A DNA stretch of 64,000 bases from Nitrosopumilaceae archaeon. GTDB lineage: Archaea; Thermoproteota; Nitrososphaeria; Nitrososphaerales; Nitrosopumilaceae. Below are positions 37,374-46,438 of this stretch, piece after piece. Position numbers and translations under genes: made by a program. The notes beneath the pieces are model-generated. The model saw nothing but the letters and a program-made list of their open reading frames with translations. It was not told where the DNA came from and searched no databases. The stretch spans positions 11,848 through 75,847 of the forward strand of contig WTHC01000025.1 in NCBI GenBank assembly GCA_011523285.1. Direction: 5' to 3'. Position 1 is the stretch's first letter. Each line of letters starts with the position of its first letter.

Positions 37374-38329
37374 AAAAAACAAAAATCAAATTCGCTATTC
37401 CAAAAGGAAGTTTAGAAATTTCTACGTTAGATCTACTTAAAAAATCATGGACTAAAGTTAACCATAAACATCGTACTTACAGAGTATTTTTGGATGATCC
37501 TGAAATAGAAATCAAAATGCTTCGACCTCAAGAAATACCATTATTAGTATCAGAAGGATTATATGATATAGGAATAACTGGAAAAGACTGGATTGAAGAA
37601 ACTAAAGCTAAAGTTGACACTATGCTAGATTTAGAATACGGGAAAATTAAACTAGTTGTAGCAATACCTAGTAATAATAGTTCAAATACACTAGACGATT
37701 TAATAAATGATTATTTTAATCACAAAAAAATACTTAGGTTATCTTCAGAATATTTGACCACAACAGCTAAATTTATTAAAAAATCATCATCATACAAAAA
37801 AAATTATGGTTCTGTTGATCCATTAATAATAACACCATGGATAAATTTTGGAAAAAACCAAAATGTTCAAATCCATTTATCTTTTGGTGCAACAGAAGCA
37901 AAGCCGCCAGATGATGTAGACGTCATAGTTGATGTCACAGAAACAGGTACTACACTAGAAAAAAATAACTTGAAAGTAATCCACACTGTTTTAGAATCTA
38001 GTGCACATGTCATAGCCAATAAACAATCATTATCTAATAGACTTAAACATGAAAAAATATCTGATATGTTAACACTTATGAAAGGTGCTGTTAATAGCAA
38101 TAAATATTTACATATATATCTTAACATTAAAAAAGAAAATTTATGGAAATTATTAGATAATTTACCAGCTTTAAAACAACCCACTATATCTAATCTTAGT
38201 ACCAAAAATTGGTATAGCGTAAATACAATCATACCAAAAAAAGATTTTCATAAATTAATACCTATTATTAGAAAAGTAGCTCAAGGATTAGTTATACATG
38301 AACCAAAACAGATTCTGGAATTAGAATAA
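37370..38329 (+). CDS. hisG: ATP phosphoribosyltransferase (long form with C-terminal regulatory domain)
   Basis: KFAIPKGSLE...LRPQEIPLLVSEGLYDIGITGKDW and VDVTETGTTL motifs. First gene of the his operon. Confidence 0.85.
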   Translation: MKKTKIKFAIPKGSLEISTLDLLKKSWTKVNHKHRTYRVFLDDPEIEIKMLRPQEIPLLVSEGLYDIGITGKDWIEETKAKVDTMLDLEYGKIKLVVAIPSNNSSNTLDDLINDYFNHKKILRLSSEYLTTTAKFIKKSSSYKKNYGSVDPLIITPWINFGKNQNVQIHLSFGATEAKPPDDVDVIVDVTETGTTLEKNNLKVIHTVLESSAHVIANKQSLSNRLKHEKISDMLTLMKGAVNSNKYLHIYLNIKKENLWKLLDNLPALKQPTISNLSTKNWYSVNTIIPKKDFHKLIPIIRKVAQGLVIHEPKQILELE

Positions 38330-38331
38330 AG

Positions 38332-39603
38332 ATGAGTGAAATTATGAAAATAATAAATGATTTGAAGAATATCAAAAAACCTGATTTTCTGATAGATCTA
38401 CAAACTATATCTAAAGTAAAATCAATATTATTAAATGTAAAAAAAAATGGAGATCTAGCTTTACGAAAATATGAAAAAAAATTTGGGAATGATAATATAA
38501 ATTTTAAAGTATGCGATGCTGATATAAAACAAGCTTATTCTAAAGTTTCAAAACAACAAATTGCAACTATTAAATTTATACGTGCGCGATTGACAGTAAC
38601 CGAAAAAACACTTCGAAAACAATTTCAAACCACGGTTATTAATCACAACGGAGTTAAAATTACAAAATCATTTATGCCTATCAATAATGTTGGTTGTTAT
38701 GTTCCTGGTGGACTTGCTAAATACCCAAGCTCATTATTAATGTCAGTAATCCCAGCAAAAGTTGCAGGTGTCAAAAGAATAGTTGCAGTTTCACCTCCAA
38801 ATAATGACGGTCTAATTGATCCATTAACACTAGTTGCAGCTGATATATGTGGCGTGAATGAATTTTATAAATTAGGAGGAGCTCAAGCAATCGCAGCTTT
38901 GTCTTATGGGACAGAAACTATAAAGTCTGTAGATAAAATCGTTGGTCCAGGAGGGAAATTTGTTACAATAGCAAAATCATTAATCAGTAATAACACTGCA
39001 ATAGATATGATCGCTGGACCTACAGAATTAGGAATCATAGTAGACGACACCACAAATATTAATTTTGTTGCATCTGACATAATATCTCAGGCCGAACATG
39101 ACATAAATACTACATGTTTTGTTGTTACAATGTTTACAAATGTGGCACATCTGATATCTAAAAAAATTGAAGAAAAAATTAAACATGTAAAACGTAGCAA
39201 CATAATCAAATCTAGTATTAGAAAAAACGGATTCATAATAATCTGTAAAACTGAACAAGAAATGATTGATTTGATAAATGAATTGTCTCCGGAGCATCTG
39301 GAAATCATTACCAAAAAACCTGGTCTTATAGCATCAAAAATATATGGTGCTGGACTAATTCTGATGGGTAAATATACGCCATCTTCAGCAAGTGATTATG
39401 TATTTGGTTCTAATCATATATTACCTACTAATACATTTGGTAAAACTCGTGGTTCGTTATCAGTATTAGATTTCATGAAACTTGATACTAAAATACAATC
39501 ATCAAAATCATCATTACAAAAAACATTAAAACATGTATATTCAATAGCCACTGCAGAAAATCTTCCAAATCATTATGATGCTATACGAGAAAGATTGTTA
39601 TGA
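38332..39603 (+). CDS. hisD: Histidinol dehydrogenase
   Basis: VGCYVPGG.A.YPSS, GGAQAIAALSYGT, VGPG, IAGPTEL, SQAEHD and SPEHLE motifs. Confidence 0.95.
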   Translation: MSEIMKIINDLKNIKKPDFLIDLQTISKVKSILLNVKKNGDLALRKYEKKFGNDNINFKVCDADIKQAYSKVSKQQIATIKFIRARLTVTEKTLRKQFQTTVINHNGVKITKSFMPINNVGCYVPGGLAKYPSSLLMSVIPAKVAGVKRIVAVSPPNNDGLIDPLTLVAADICGVNEFYKLGGAQAIAALSYGTETIKSVDKIVGPGGKFVTIAKSLISNNTAIDMIAGPTELGIIVDDTTNINFVASDIISQAEHDINTTCFVVTMFTNVAHLISKKIEEKIKHVKRSNIIKSSIRKNGFIIICKTEQEMIDLINELSPEHLEIITKKPGLIASKIYGAGLILMGKYTPSSASDYVFGSNHILPTNTFGKTRGSLSVLDFMKLDTKIQSSKSSLQKTLKHVYSIATAENLPNHYDAIRERLL

Positions 39604-40658
39604 ATTGGTTAGACCAAAGAATTTTAAAATTATCGAAATTAGATGTATATGAGAAATCATCATGTCAAGGACAACTTAAAATGAATTCTAACGAAAACTT
39701 TGTAATAGATAAACAATATCAACTTAATATTATAGATAAAGCAAGTAAAAATTGTGATGTGAGGGCATATCCAGAAAATCATAGCACGTTGATCAACTCT
39801 CTTTCTAAACATCATAAAATATTATCTAACAAAATCGGAATCGGAAACGGTTCTGATCAAATAATTGATCTTTTACTAGCACATCTTACATCAAAAAGAA
39901 CTAAAATACTTATCTCAGATCCAACATTCAGCTTTTTTGAGGCTAGATGTAAGTTATATTCTCTTAGAACAATCAAAGTTCCATTTTCAGATACTATGAT
40001 CTTGAATTTAGATCAATTAATTTCCAAGTTTGATGATGCAGATATGTTGTACTTAGACTCTCCAAATAATCCCACAGGGTTCCAATTTTCGAAAACAGAT
40101 CTAGATAAAATAATTAATTGTTTTGATGGGCCAGTTATAGTAGATGAGGCGTATGGTGATTTTTCAGAATATAGTGCTTTAGATTTATCTAAAAAATACC
40201 GTAATCTTATAGTTATTAAAACATTCTCCAAAGCATTTGGATTTGCAGGGTTAAGATTAGGATATTTTATAGCTAATCAAGACATAGTGAACATCTTTAT
40301 GAAATCTATTCAATATCCATACCCGATTAATTCTATTGCGTTAGAAGCAGGTAAATTACTGTTACAAAATATTAAAAGACTTTCAAATGTAATCAATTTA
40401 ATTAAAAATGAACGTAAGAAAATGATAATTAATTTACGTAAACTTAATGTGTTTGAAGTTTTTAATTCACAAGCCAATTTTGTTTTGTTTGACGCTAAAG
40501 ATGATTATCTACGAATATACACTGCACTAGCTGAACAAGGGATTTTAATAAAAAAATTAGGAAGAATAGGTCAATATCAAGGTTGTTTGAGAGTAACTAT
40601 TGGTACTAAGGACATGAATTCCAAATTTCTTCTCGCTATACGAGATCTTTTACGATGA
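39600..40658 (+). CDS. hisC: Histidinol-phosphate aminotransferase
   Basis: LKMNSNEN, SPNNPTG, VDEAY and TFSKAFGFAGLRLGY (PLP Lys). Overlaps hisD by 4 nt. Confidence 0.85.
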   Translation: MNWLDQRILKLSKLDVYEKSSCQGQLKMNSNENFVIDKQYQLNIIDKASKNCDVRAYPENHSTLINSLSKHHKILSNKIGIGNGSDQIIDLLLAHLTSKRTKILISDPTFSFFEARCKLYSLRTIKVPFSDTMILNLDQLISKFDDADMLYLDSPNNPTGFQFSKTDLDKIINCFDGPVIVDEAYGDFSEYSALDLSKKYRNLIVIKTFSKAFGFAGLRLGYFIANQDIVNIFMKSIQYPYPINSIALEAGKLLLQNIKRLSNVINLIKNERKKMIINLRKLNVFEVFNSQANFVLFDAKDDYLRIYTALAEQGILIKKLGRIGQYQGCLRVTIGTKDMNSKFLLAIRDLLR

Positions 40659-40662
40659 CGGA

Positions 40663-41655
40663 TTGATTTCAGATACACATGAAAAATTAGATGAAATTAT
40701 TAACCTAGACTCCATCATTTTTGATTGTGACGGTGTGCTTATTGATATACGCAATTCCTATGACAAAACAATCAAAGAGACTGTTAGATATGTGGTTAAC
40801 AAAATAACTAATGTAGATATAAATAATTTTGTCACAAGCACACTAATATCATCTTTTAAACGTAGTGGAGGTTTCAATAACGAAGTAGATTTATCTTATT
40901 CTATTATCATTTCCATAATAGCAGCAATTAGATTGAAAATACATTATAGAAAATTTATTTTAGATGTAGTTGAGAATTTAGATGTTAATGGCATCAGTTC
41001 AGTAGAAAATTATCTACGTAGTATTATTCATATAGATGATATGATTTCCGAATTACATTACCCATACAAAAACAATATCATATGTAATATATTTGATGAA
41101 TTATTTTATGGTTCTAAATTATATAGTATAATACTCAAAAAAACTCCTATTTTTTGTTGTGATGGTTTTATTAAAAATGATAAGATTCTTTTGACAAAGT
41201 CTTTATTGGATATACTTCAAAGAAAATTTAAAAGAAAAATTGCAATTGTGACAGGTAGGGGATTGGTATCTGCTAGATACTCACTACGAAATCTATTAAA
41301 TTATTTTGACATACAGAACTCAGTATTTTTAGATGATCTAGACAGAAGTTTCGCTAAACCAAATCCAAATACATTAATCAATTCTATCTTAGGCCTGAAA
41401 TCATCTTCTTGTTTGTATGTTGGTGATTCCATGGAAGATCTAATTATGGTTCATAGAGCTAATAAATTAGGATTTAGAGTAATTTTTTGTGGGATATTTG
41501 GGACCGATGACAATAAAGATAATAAAATAAACCTTTTCAAAAAGAAAAACGCCCATATAATATTAGAATCTATAAATCTACTTCCGAATGTATTAAATCT
41601 GGATGATGATGAAATAAAACATAATGATCAAAATGGGGAAATCTCGTACTTATGA
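40663..41655 (+). CDS. HAD-superfamily phosphatase with a large cap insertion, embedded in the his operon
   Basis: Motif I IIFDCDGVLID, motif II IAIVTGRG, motif III FAKPNP and motif IV YVGDSMEDL. It starts 4 nt after the hisC stop and overlaps the hisB ORF. Confidence 0.7.
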   Translation: MISDTHEKLDEIINLDSIIFDCDGVLIDIRNSYDKTIKETVRYVVNKITNVDINNFVTSTLISSFKRSGGFNNEVDLSYSIIISIIAAIRLKIHYRKFILDVVENLDVNGISSVENYLRSIIHIDDMISELHYPYKNNIICNIFDELFYGSKLYSIILKKTPIFCCDGFIKNDKILLTKSLLDILQRKFKRKIAIVTGRGLVSARYSLRNLLNYFDIQNSVFLDDLDRSFAKPNPNTLINSILGLKSSSCLYVGDSMEDLIMVHRANKLGFRVIFCGIFGTDDNKDNKINLFKKKNAHIILESINLLPNVLNLDDDEIKHNDQNGEISYL

Positions 41656-42220
41656 ATTAACACGTGAAACTAAAGAAACTAATATTCATATACAAACTAA
41701 TATAGATGGTACTGGAATTGCAGAAATAGATACTGGAATAAAATTCCTAGATCACATAATTGACACTTTTTGTAAACATTCGTTAGTTGATATCGCATTA
41801 AAAACGATATCCAAAGATAATATATCGCACCATTTAATAGAAGATGTTGCTATATGTATAGGTATATCTATTAATAAATCTCTTGGAGATAGATCTAACA
41901 TAGCAAGATTTGGTTTTGCTTCTATCCCTATGGATGAATCCGTAGTGGAATCTACAATTGATTTGATAGACAGAAGCTATATTAAAGTAAATTTAGATTT
42001 CAAACGAAACGTTATAGAAGACATGTATCAAGAAGACGTAATCCATTTTTTCTATTCGTTATTAAAAAATATTAATTGCTGTGCTCATACATCATTAAAA
42101 TATGGCACTAATGATCATCACATAGTAGAAGCAGCAATCAAATCATTAGCTGTAGCATTTAGATTTTCGTCTAACATAAATCAAAATATAGGAATACCTA
42201 GTACGAAGGACGTAATGTGA
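41624..42220 (+). CDS. hisB: Imidazoleglycerol-phosphate dehydratase
   Basis: RTYELTRETKETNIHIQTNIDGTG, FLDHII..F, HHLIEDV and NDHHIVEA motifs. The more likely start is ATG 41633. Confidence 0.9.
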   Translation: MIKMGKSRTYELTRETKETNIHIQTNIDGTGIAEIDTGIKFLDHIIDTFCKHSLVDIALKTISKDNISHHLIEDVAICIGISINKSLGDRSNIARFGFASIPMDESVVESTIDLIDRSYIKVNLDFKRNVIEDMYQEDVIHFFYSLLKNINCCAHTSLKYGTNDHHIVEAAIKSLAVAFRFSSNINQNIGIPSTKDVM

Positions 42221-42828
42221 TGCCTAAAATTGCAATATTTGATTATGGGGCTGGTAATATATTCAATTTACAAAAATCTATAGAAAGTATTGGTTCTGAA
42301 GTATATGTAATATCAAATTTTAATAATATTCAATTTTATGATGGACTATTTCTTCCAGGTGTTGGTAATTTTGATCCAGCAATTAAATTAATTCATAACC
42401 AACATTATAATAAATCATTTCATGATATTTTAACTCAAATACCAATATTTGGAATTTGTTTAGGGCTGGAATTGTTATTTGATAAAAGCGAAGAAGGTAA
42501 AGAACAAGGACTCCATGTGGTTGAAGGTGATGTAGTTCATTTACCTATAACAATGACTGTCCCACACATGGGCTGGAATAACATATTGATTGAAAAACAT
42601 AGCAATTTACTAGATGGAATAGATGATAACTCTTGGGTTTATTTTGCACATTCTTATATGGTAAGACCAAAAAACGATCGGATTATACAAGCTAAATTTG
42701 ATTATGGGGATAAAATTACAGCAATGATTGAACAACGTAACTTATTTGGCACTCAATTCCACCCTGAAAAATCTAGTATAACCGGAATAAAAATACTACA
42801 AAATTTTTTAAGAGAATGTAAAAAATGA
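42217..42828 (+). CDS. hisH: Imidazole glycerol phosphate synthase, glutaminase subunit
   Basis: IAIFDYGAGNIFNL, LPGVGNF, GICLG (nucleophile Cys) and QFHPEKS. Confidence 0.9.
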   Translation: MMPKIAIFDYGAGNIFNLQKSIESIGSEVYVISNFNNIQFYDGLFLPGVGNFDPAIKLIHNQHYNKSFHDILTQIPIFGICLGLELLFDKSEEGKEQGLHVVEGDVVHLPITMTVPHMGWNNILIEKHSNLLDGIDDNSWVYFAHSYMVRPKNDRIIQAKFDYGDKITAMIEQRNLFGTQFHPEKSSITGIKILQNFLRECKK

Positions 42829-43523
42829 AAATAATAGCAGCCATAGATCTGATGGGTGGGAAAGTAGTAAGATTATCGAAAGGAGATCCTCTGACTAAAA
42901 AAATTTACAGTGATAACCCATATCAAGTTGCTCAAATGTGGGAAAACCAAGGTGCAGATATGATACAATTTGTAGATCTAGATGCAGCATTGGGGTTAGG
43001 ATCAAATTTATTAACAATTAAAAATACAATTAAAAAATTACACACACCAACATTGATAGCTGGCGGATTGCGAAATGAGCAACTCATAAATGACGCATTA
43101 TCTATTTCATCATATATTATTTTAGGAACTATCCCATTCACAAATAAAAAACTATTATCTAAATTCATACATAATAAGAATCAAATTATAATATCTGTAG
43201 ATCAAGTTTCTAATAATATTGTAATAGAAGGATGGAAAAAAAATACAACTATAAAATTAATTGACGGTGTGAACAATTTCATTTCTCTAGGATTCTCTAA
43301 TTTTCTTTTAACAAACGTAGAAAAAGACGGCATGCTGCAAGGTATTGAGATACATACATTTTCTGAAATATGTAAGATAGATTCTATTAATGTATTTGCT
43401 GCTGGTGGAATTTCTAACACGAGTGATATTATGAACCTTAAAAAAATCCATGTTTATGCTGTTGTATTAGGTAAATCTCTTTATGAAGGAATATTAGATA
43501 TCTCAAGCGTAAAAAAAATATGA
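42825..43523 (+). CDS. hisA: ProFAR isomerase
   Basis: IIAAIDLMGGKVVRL, VDLDAA and AAGGIS motifs. TIM-barrel size. Confidence 0.85.
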   Translation: MKIIAAIDLMGGKVVRLSKGDPLTKKIYSDNPYQVAQMWENQGADMIQFVDLDAALGLGSNLLTIKNTIKKLHTPTLIAGGLRNEQLINDALSISSYIILGTIPFTNKKLLSKFIHNKNQIIISVDQVSNNIVIEGWKKNTTIKLIDGVNNFISLGFSNFLLTNVEKDGMLQGIEIHTFSEICKIDSINVFAAGGISNTSDIMNLKKIHVYAVVLGKSLYEGILDISSVKKI

Positions 43524-44323
43524 CACTAACAAAAAGAATAATACCATGTCTTGATGTTGATGATTATAATGTTGTTAAAGGATTAAATTTTTCATCAATT
43601 TCTAATGTTGGTAACCCTGTATTTTTAGCGAAGAAATATAATGATAGTGGTGCAGATGAATTGATTTTTTTAGATATAACCGCATCTCAAGAAAAAAGAA
43701 AAATAGTTAAACTCTTGATTGCTGAAGTTGCAAAAACTATAGATATACCATTCACTGTGGGTGGAGGCATATCTAATCTAGAGCAAGCACACGATGTTTT
43801 GCTTCATGGCGCAGACAAAATAGCTATTAATACATCTGCTGTGCAAAAACCACAACTTATAGAACAATTAATGGATGCATTTGGAAAACAATGTGTGGTT
43901 ATAGCTATAGATGCAAAACGAAATTATACTGTATCTGAAGCTAAGAATATATTTGTACATAATGGCAAAAAATTCTGGTTTGAAGTATACATATATGGTG
44001 GCAAGTATGCCACAGGGCTCGATGTAATTACTTGGGCACAAAAAGTAAAAAATTTAGGAGCTGGAGAAATATTACTAACTAGTATTGATATGGATGGAAC
44101 CAAAAACGGTTATGATCTAAATCTTACTTCGGCTGTTGTAAATAATGTTTCTGTTCCAGTTATAGCTTCAGGAGGCTGTGGTCATCCTCAACACATGTTA
44201 GATGTTTTTCAAATTTCTGATGCGTCTGCTGCCTTGGCTGCTTCTATATTTCATTATGATTCTTATTCAATCCAAAAAGTTAAAAAATTTCTTCAACACA
44301 ATAAAATAAATGTAAGATTATAA
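43520..44323 (+). CDS. hisF: Imidazole glycerol phosphate synthase, cyclase subunit
   Basis: KRIIPCLDV, GADELIFLDITAS, FTVGGGI, GADKIAINT, LLTSIDMDGT and ASGG motifs. Confidence 0.95.
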   Translation: MTLTKRIIPCLDVDDYNVVKGLNFSSISNVGNPVFLAKKYNDSGADELIFLDITASQEKRKIVKLLIAEVAKTIDIPFTVGGGISNLEQAHDVLLHGADKIAINTSAVQKPQLIEQLMDAFGKQCVVIAIDAKRNYTVSEAKNIFVHNGKKFWFEVYIYGGKYATGLDVITWAQKVKNLGAGEILLTSIDMDGTKNGYDLNLTSAVVNNVSVPVIASGGCGHPQHMLDVFQISDASAALAASIFHYDSYSIQKVKKFLQHNKINVRL

Positions 44324-44345
44324 GTATTGAACATCTAAATTTATC

Positions 44346-44675
44346 ATGTACAAAGAAATAATTGATATTAATTTCGTCAAGGGTGGTGATGGGTTGATCC
44401 CTGTAATTGTACAAGATATCGTCTCGAAAAACATCTTGACATTGGCTTATTCTAATAAGAAATCGATAATACTGACACAAAAAACTGGAAAATCGTGGTT
44501 TTGGAGCCGATCTAGAAAAAAACTTTGGATGAAAGGAGAAACATCTGGTAATGTGCAAAATGTTAAAAAAATTCTAGTAGATTGTGATTGTGACGCTGTT
44601 ATTTATTTAGTAGATACAAAAGGTCCTGCATGTCATACAAAACAAGAGACATGTTTTCATAATGAACTCAAGTAA
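44346..44675 (+). CDS. hisI: Phosphoribosyl-AMP cyclohydrolase (monofunctional, no HisE domain)
   Basis: GLIPVIVQD, SRSRKKLWMKGETSGN and DCDCDAVIYLV...GPACHT...CF motifs. 109 aa. Confidence 0.9.
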   Translation: MYKEIIDINFVKGGDGLIPVIVQDIVSKNILTLAYSNKKSIILTQKTGKSWFWSRSRKKLWMKGETSGNVQNVKKILVDCDCDAVIYLVDTKGPACHTKQETCFHNELK

Positions 44676-45119
44676 TCAGCATATTTTTTTATAATTATCA
44701 ATTTCGCTTGGAATTATTTCGTCAGTTATTTTTATTTTTAGTTCATGGTATTTTGTACCTTGCATTATTATTTTCCATTCTCCTATTAATTCACTATTAT
44801 CACAAATTTTCAAATCTTTTGATAAAACAGGTTTAAAATATTTATTAAAGCTTGATTTTTTACTCCAATTGAAATCTATATTGGAGTATATTTTATTTTT
44901 TGTTGTTATGATTAATATGCGCCCTACATCATTTTCAAGTAGAGAATCTACTGTTACAAAAACATTTTCACCTATTTTATATTTAGAATTATTGACAACA
45001 AACGGCCCAGAAGTTAATAATTTATCTTTTTCTAATACTCTATTACTATTTATCGATATTATTAATAGGAATGCTAGTGTAATACCTAATATTATTCCAA
45101 ATTTAGTAAATTTTTGCAT
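44676..45119 (-). CDS. Hypothetical N-terminally anchored/secreted protein
   Basis: N-terminal FGIILGITLAFLLIISI hydrophobic segment. The rest is beta-rich with no motif. Confidence 0.4.
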   Translation of the reverse strand: MQKFTKFGIILGITLAFLLIISINSNRVLEKDKLLTSGPFVVNNSKYKIGENVFVTVDSLLENDVGRILIITTKNKIYSNIDFNWSKKSSFNKYFKPVLSKDLKICDNSELIGEWKIIMQGTKYHELKIKITDEIIPSEIDNYKKIC

Positions 45120-45216
45120 GATTGATGAATAAGAATAACCTAAATTTTTAACTTATATATGTGATATGTTAGTTAAATTTAGAATTTTTTAATTAGTGGT
45201 GATTATATAGTGTTCT

Positions 45217-46431
45217 ATGCAAAAAATTTTTTTGGAATGCAGAGAATGCAAAACTACGTATTCTGCAGATTTTAAATATGTCTGCGAATCTTGTTTTGGA
45301 CCTCTAGATGTTAAGTACGATACTTCATTTACCAAAAATTTATTTGAGAACAGAAATGTAGATACATATTGGAAATATTTTGAACTATTACCAATAGTAG
45401 ATAAATCCAACATAGTAGACATTGGTAGCGGATTGACACCTCTAATTAAAGCTACAAATCTTGGAGCCGAGTTGGGATTAAATAATCTATACATCAAGAA
45501 TGATTCAGTTAACACTACATTTTCATTTAAAGATAGGCCTGCTGGTGTGGCGGTATCTAAAGCCAAAGAATTTAATTTATCTACTGTTGGTTGTGCTTCT
45601 ACTGGTAATCTTGCATCTGCAACTGCTGCACATGCTGCAAAAGGTAGACTCAAATGTTTAATATTTGCACCAAAAAATATAGAGCAACCTAAAATTACAC
45701 AAGCTATTTCATATGGTGCTGAATATATAGCAATTGATGGCACATATGACGACTCCAATCGAATTGCTGCACAAATTGGAGATCAACATAAAATAGGTGT
45801 AGTGAATATAAATCTACGTTCGTATTATACTGAAGGTTCCAAAACATTAGCATTTGAAGTGGCAGATCAATTAGGGTGGGATGTACCAGATCATCTAGTC
45901 ATTCCAGTTGGAAGCGGCGCTATGTTAAATTCTATATGTAAAGGATTTGAAGAATTAGAAAATATTTCATTGTTGAAAGATACATCTAATATACATATAG
46001 CTGCAGCCCAACCATATGGATGTGCTCCTATAGTAAATGCATTCAAAAACAAAACAAATACAATAAAGCCTATAGAATACCCTGATACTATAGCTAAAAG
46101 CCTAGCTATAGGTGATCCTGGAGATGGTCGATATGTGATTAAAAGACTCTCTCAATATCATGGATATGCTGAAGATTGTAATAACAATGAAATTATAGAT
46201 TCCATTATACTACTTGCTAAAACTGAAGGTATCTTCACAGAACCTGCAGGTGGAGTTTCTATCGCAGTACTTCGTAAAATGGTTGAGAATAAAATGATCG
46301 ATAAAAACGATCAGACAATATGTTTTATAACTGGCAACGGATTAAAATCACCAGATTCATTGTTCGATATAATTCCAAAACCTAAAATAGCCCAACCAAA
46401 TATTGAAAAAATATTATCTATTATGAGGTAA
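45217..46431 (+). CDS. thrC: Threonine synthase-family PLP enzyme with an N-terminal zinc ribbon
   Basis: LECRECKTTYSADFKYVCESCFGPLDV (C4 ribbon), FSFKDRPA (PLP lysine), CASTGN and GSGA. 404 aa, the short archaeal ThrC architecture. It may instead be a ThrC-like sulfur-incorporating enzyme (see findings). Confidence 0.8.
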   Translation: MQKIFLECRECKTTYSADFKYVCESCFGPLDVKYDTSFTKNLFENRNVDTYWKYFELLPIVDKSNIVDIGSGLTPLIKATNLGAELGLNNLYIKNDSVNTTFSFKDRPAGVAVSKAKEFNLSTVGCASTGNLASATAAHAAKGRLKCLIFAPKNIEQPKITQAISYGAEYIAIDGTYDDSNRIAAQIGDQHKIGVVNINLRSYYTEGSKTLAFEVADQLGWDVPDHLVIPVGSGAMLNSICKGFEELENISLLKDTSNIHIAAAQPYGCAPIVNAFKNKTNTIKPIEYPDTIAKSLAIGDPGDGRYVIKRLSQYHGYAEDCNNNEIIDSIILLAKTEGIFTEPAGGVSIAVLRKMVENKMIDKNDQTICFITGNGLKSPDSLFDIIPKPKIAQPNIEKILSIMR

Positions 46432-46438
46432 ATTATAA

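Noticed and set aside
45189-45758. 189-aa minus-strand ORF
   Set aside because: It lies entirely antisense to the well-supported ThrC-family CDS. It has no motif and a low-complexity composition, which is typical of a shadow ORF.
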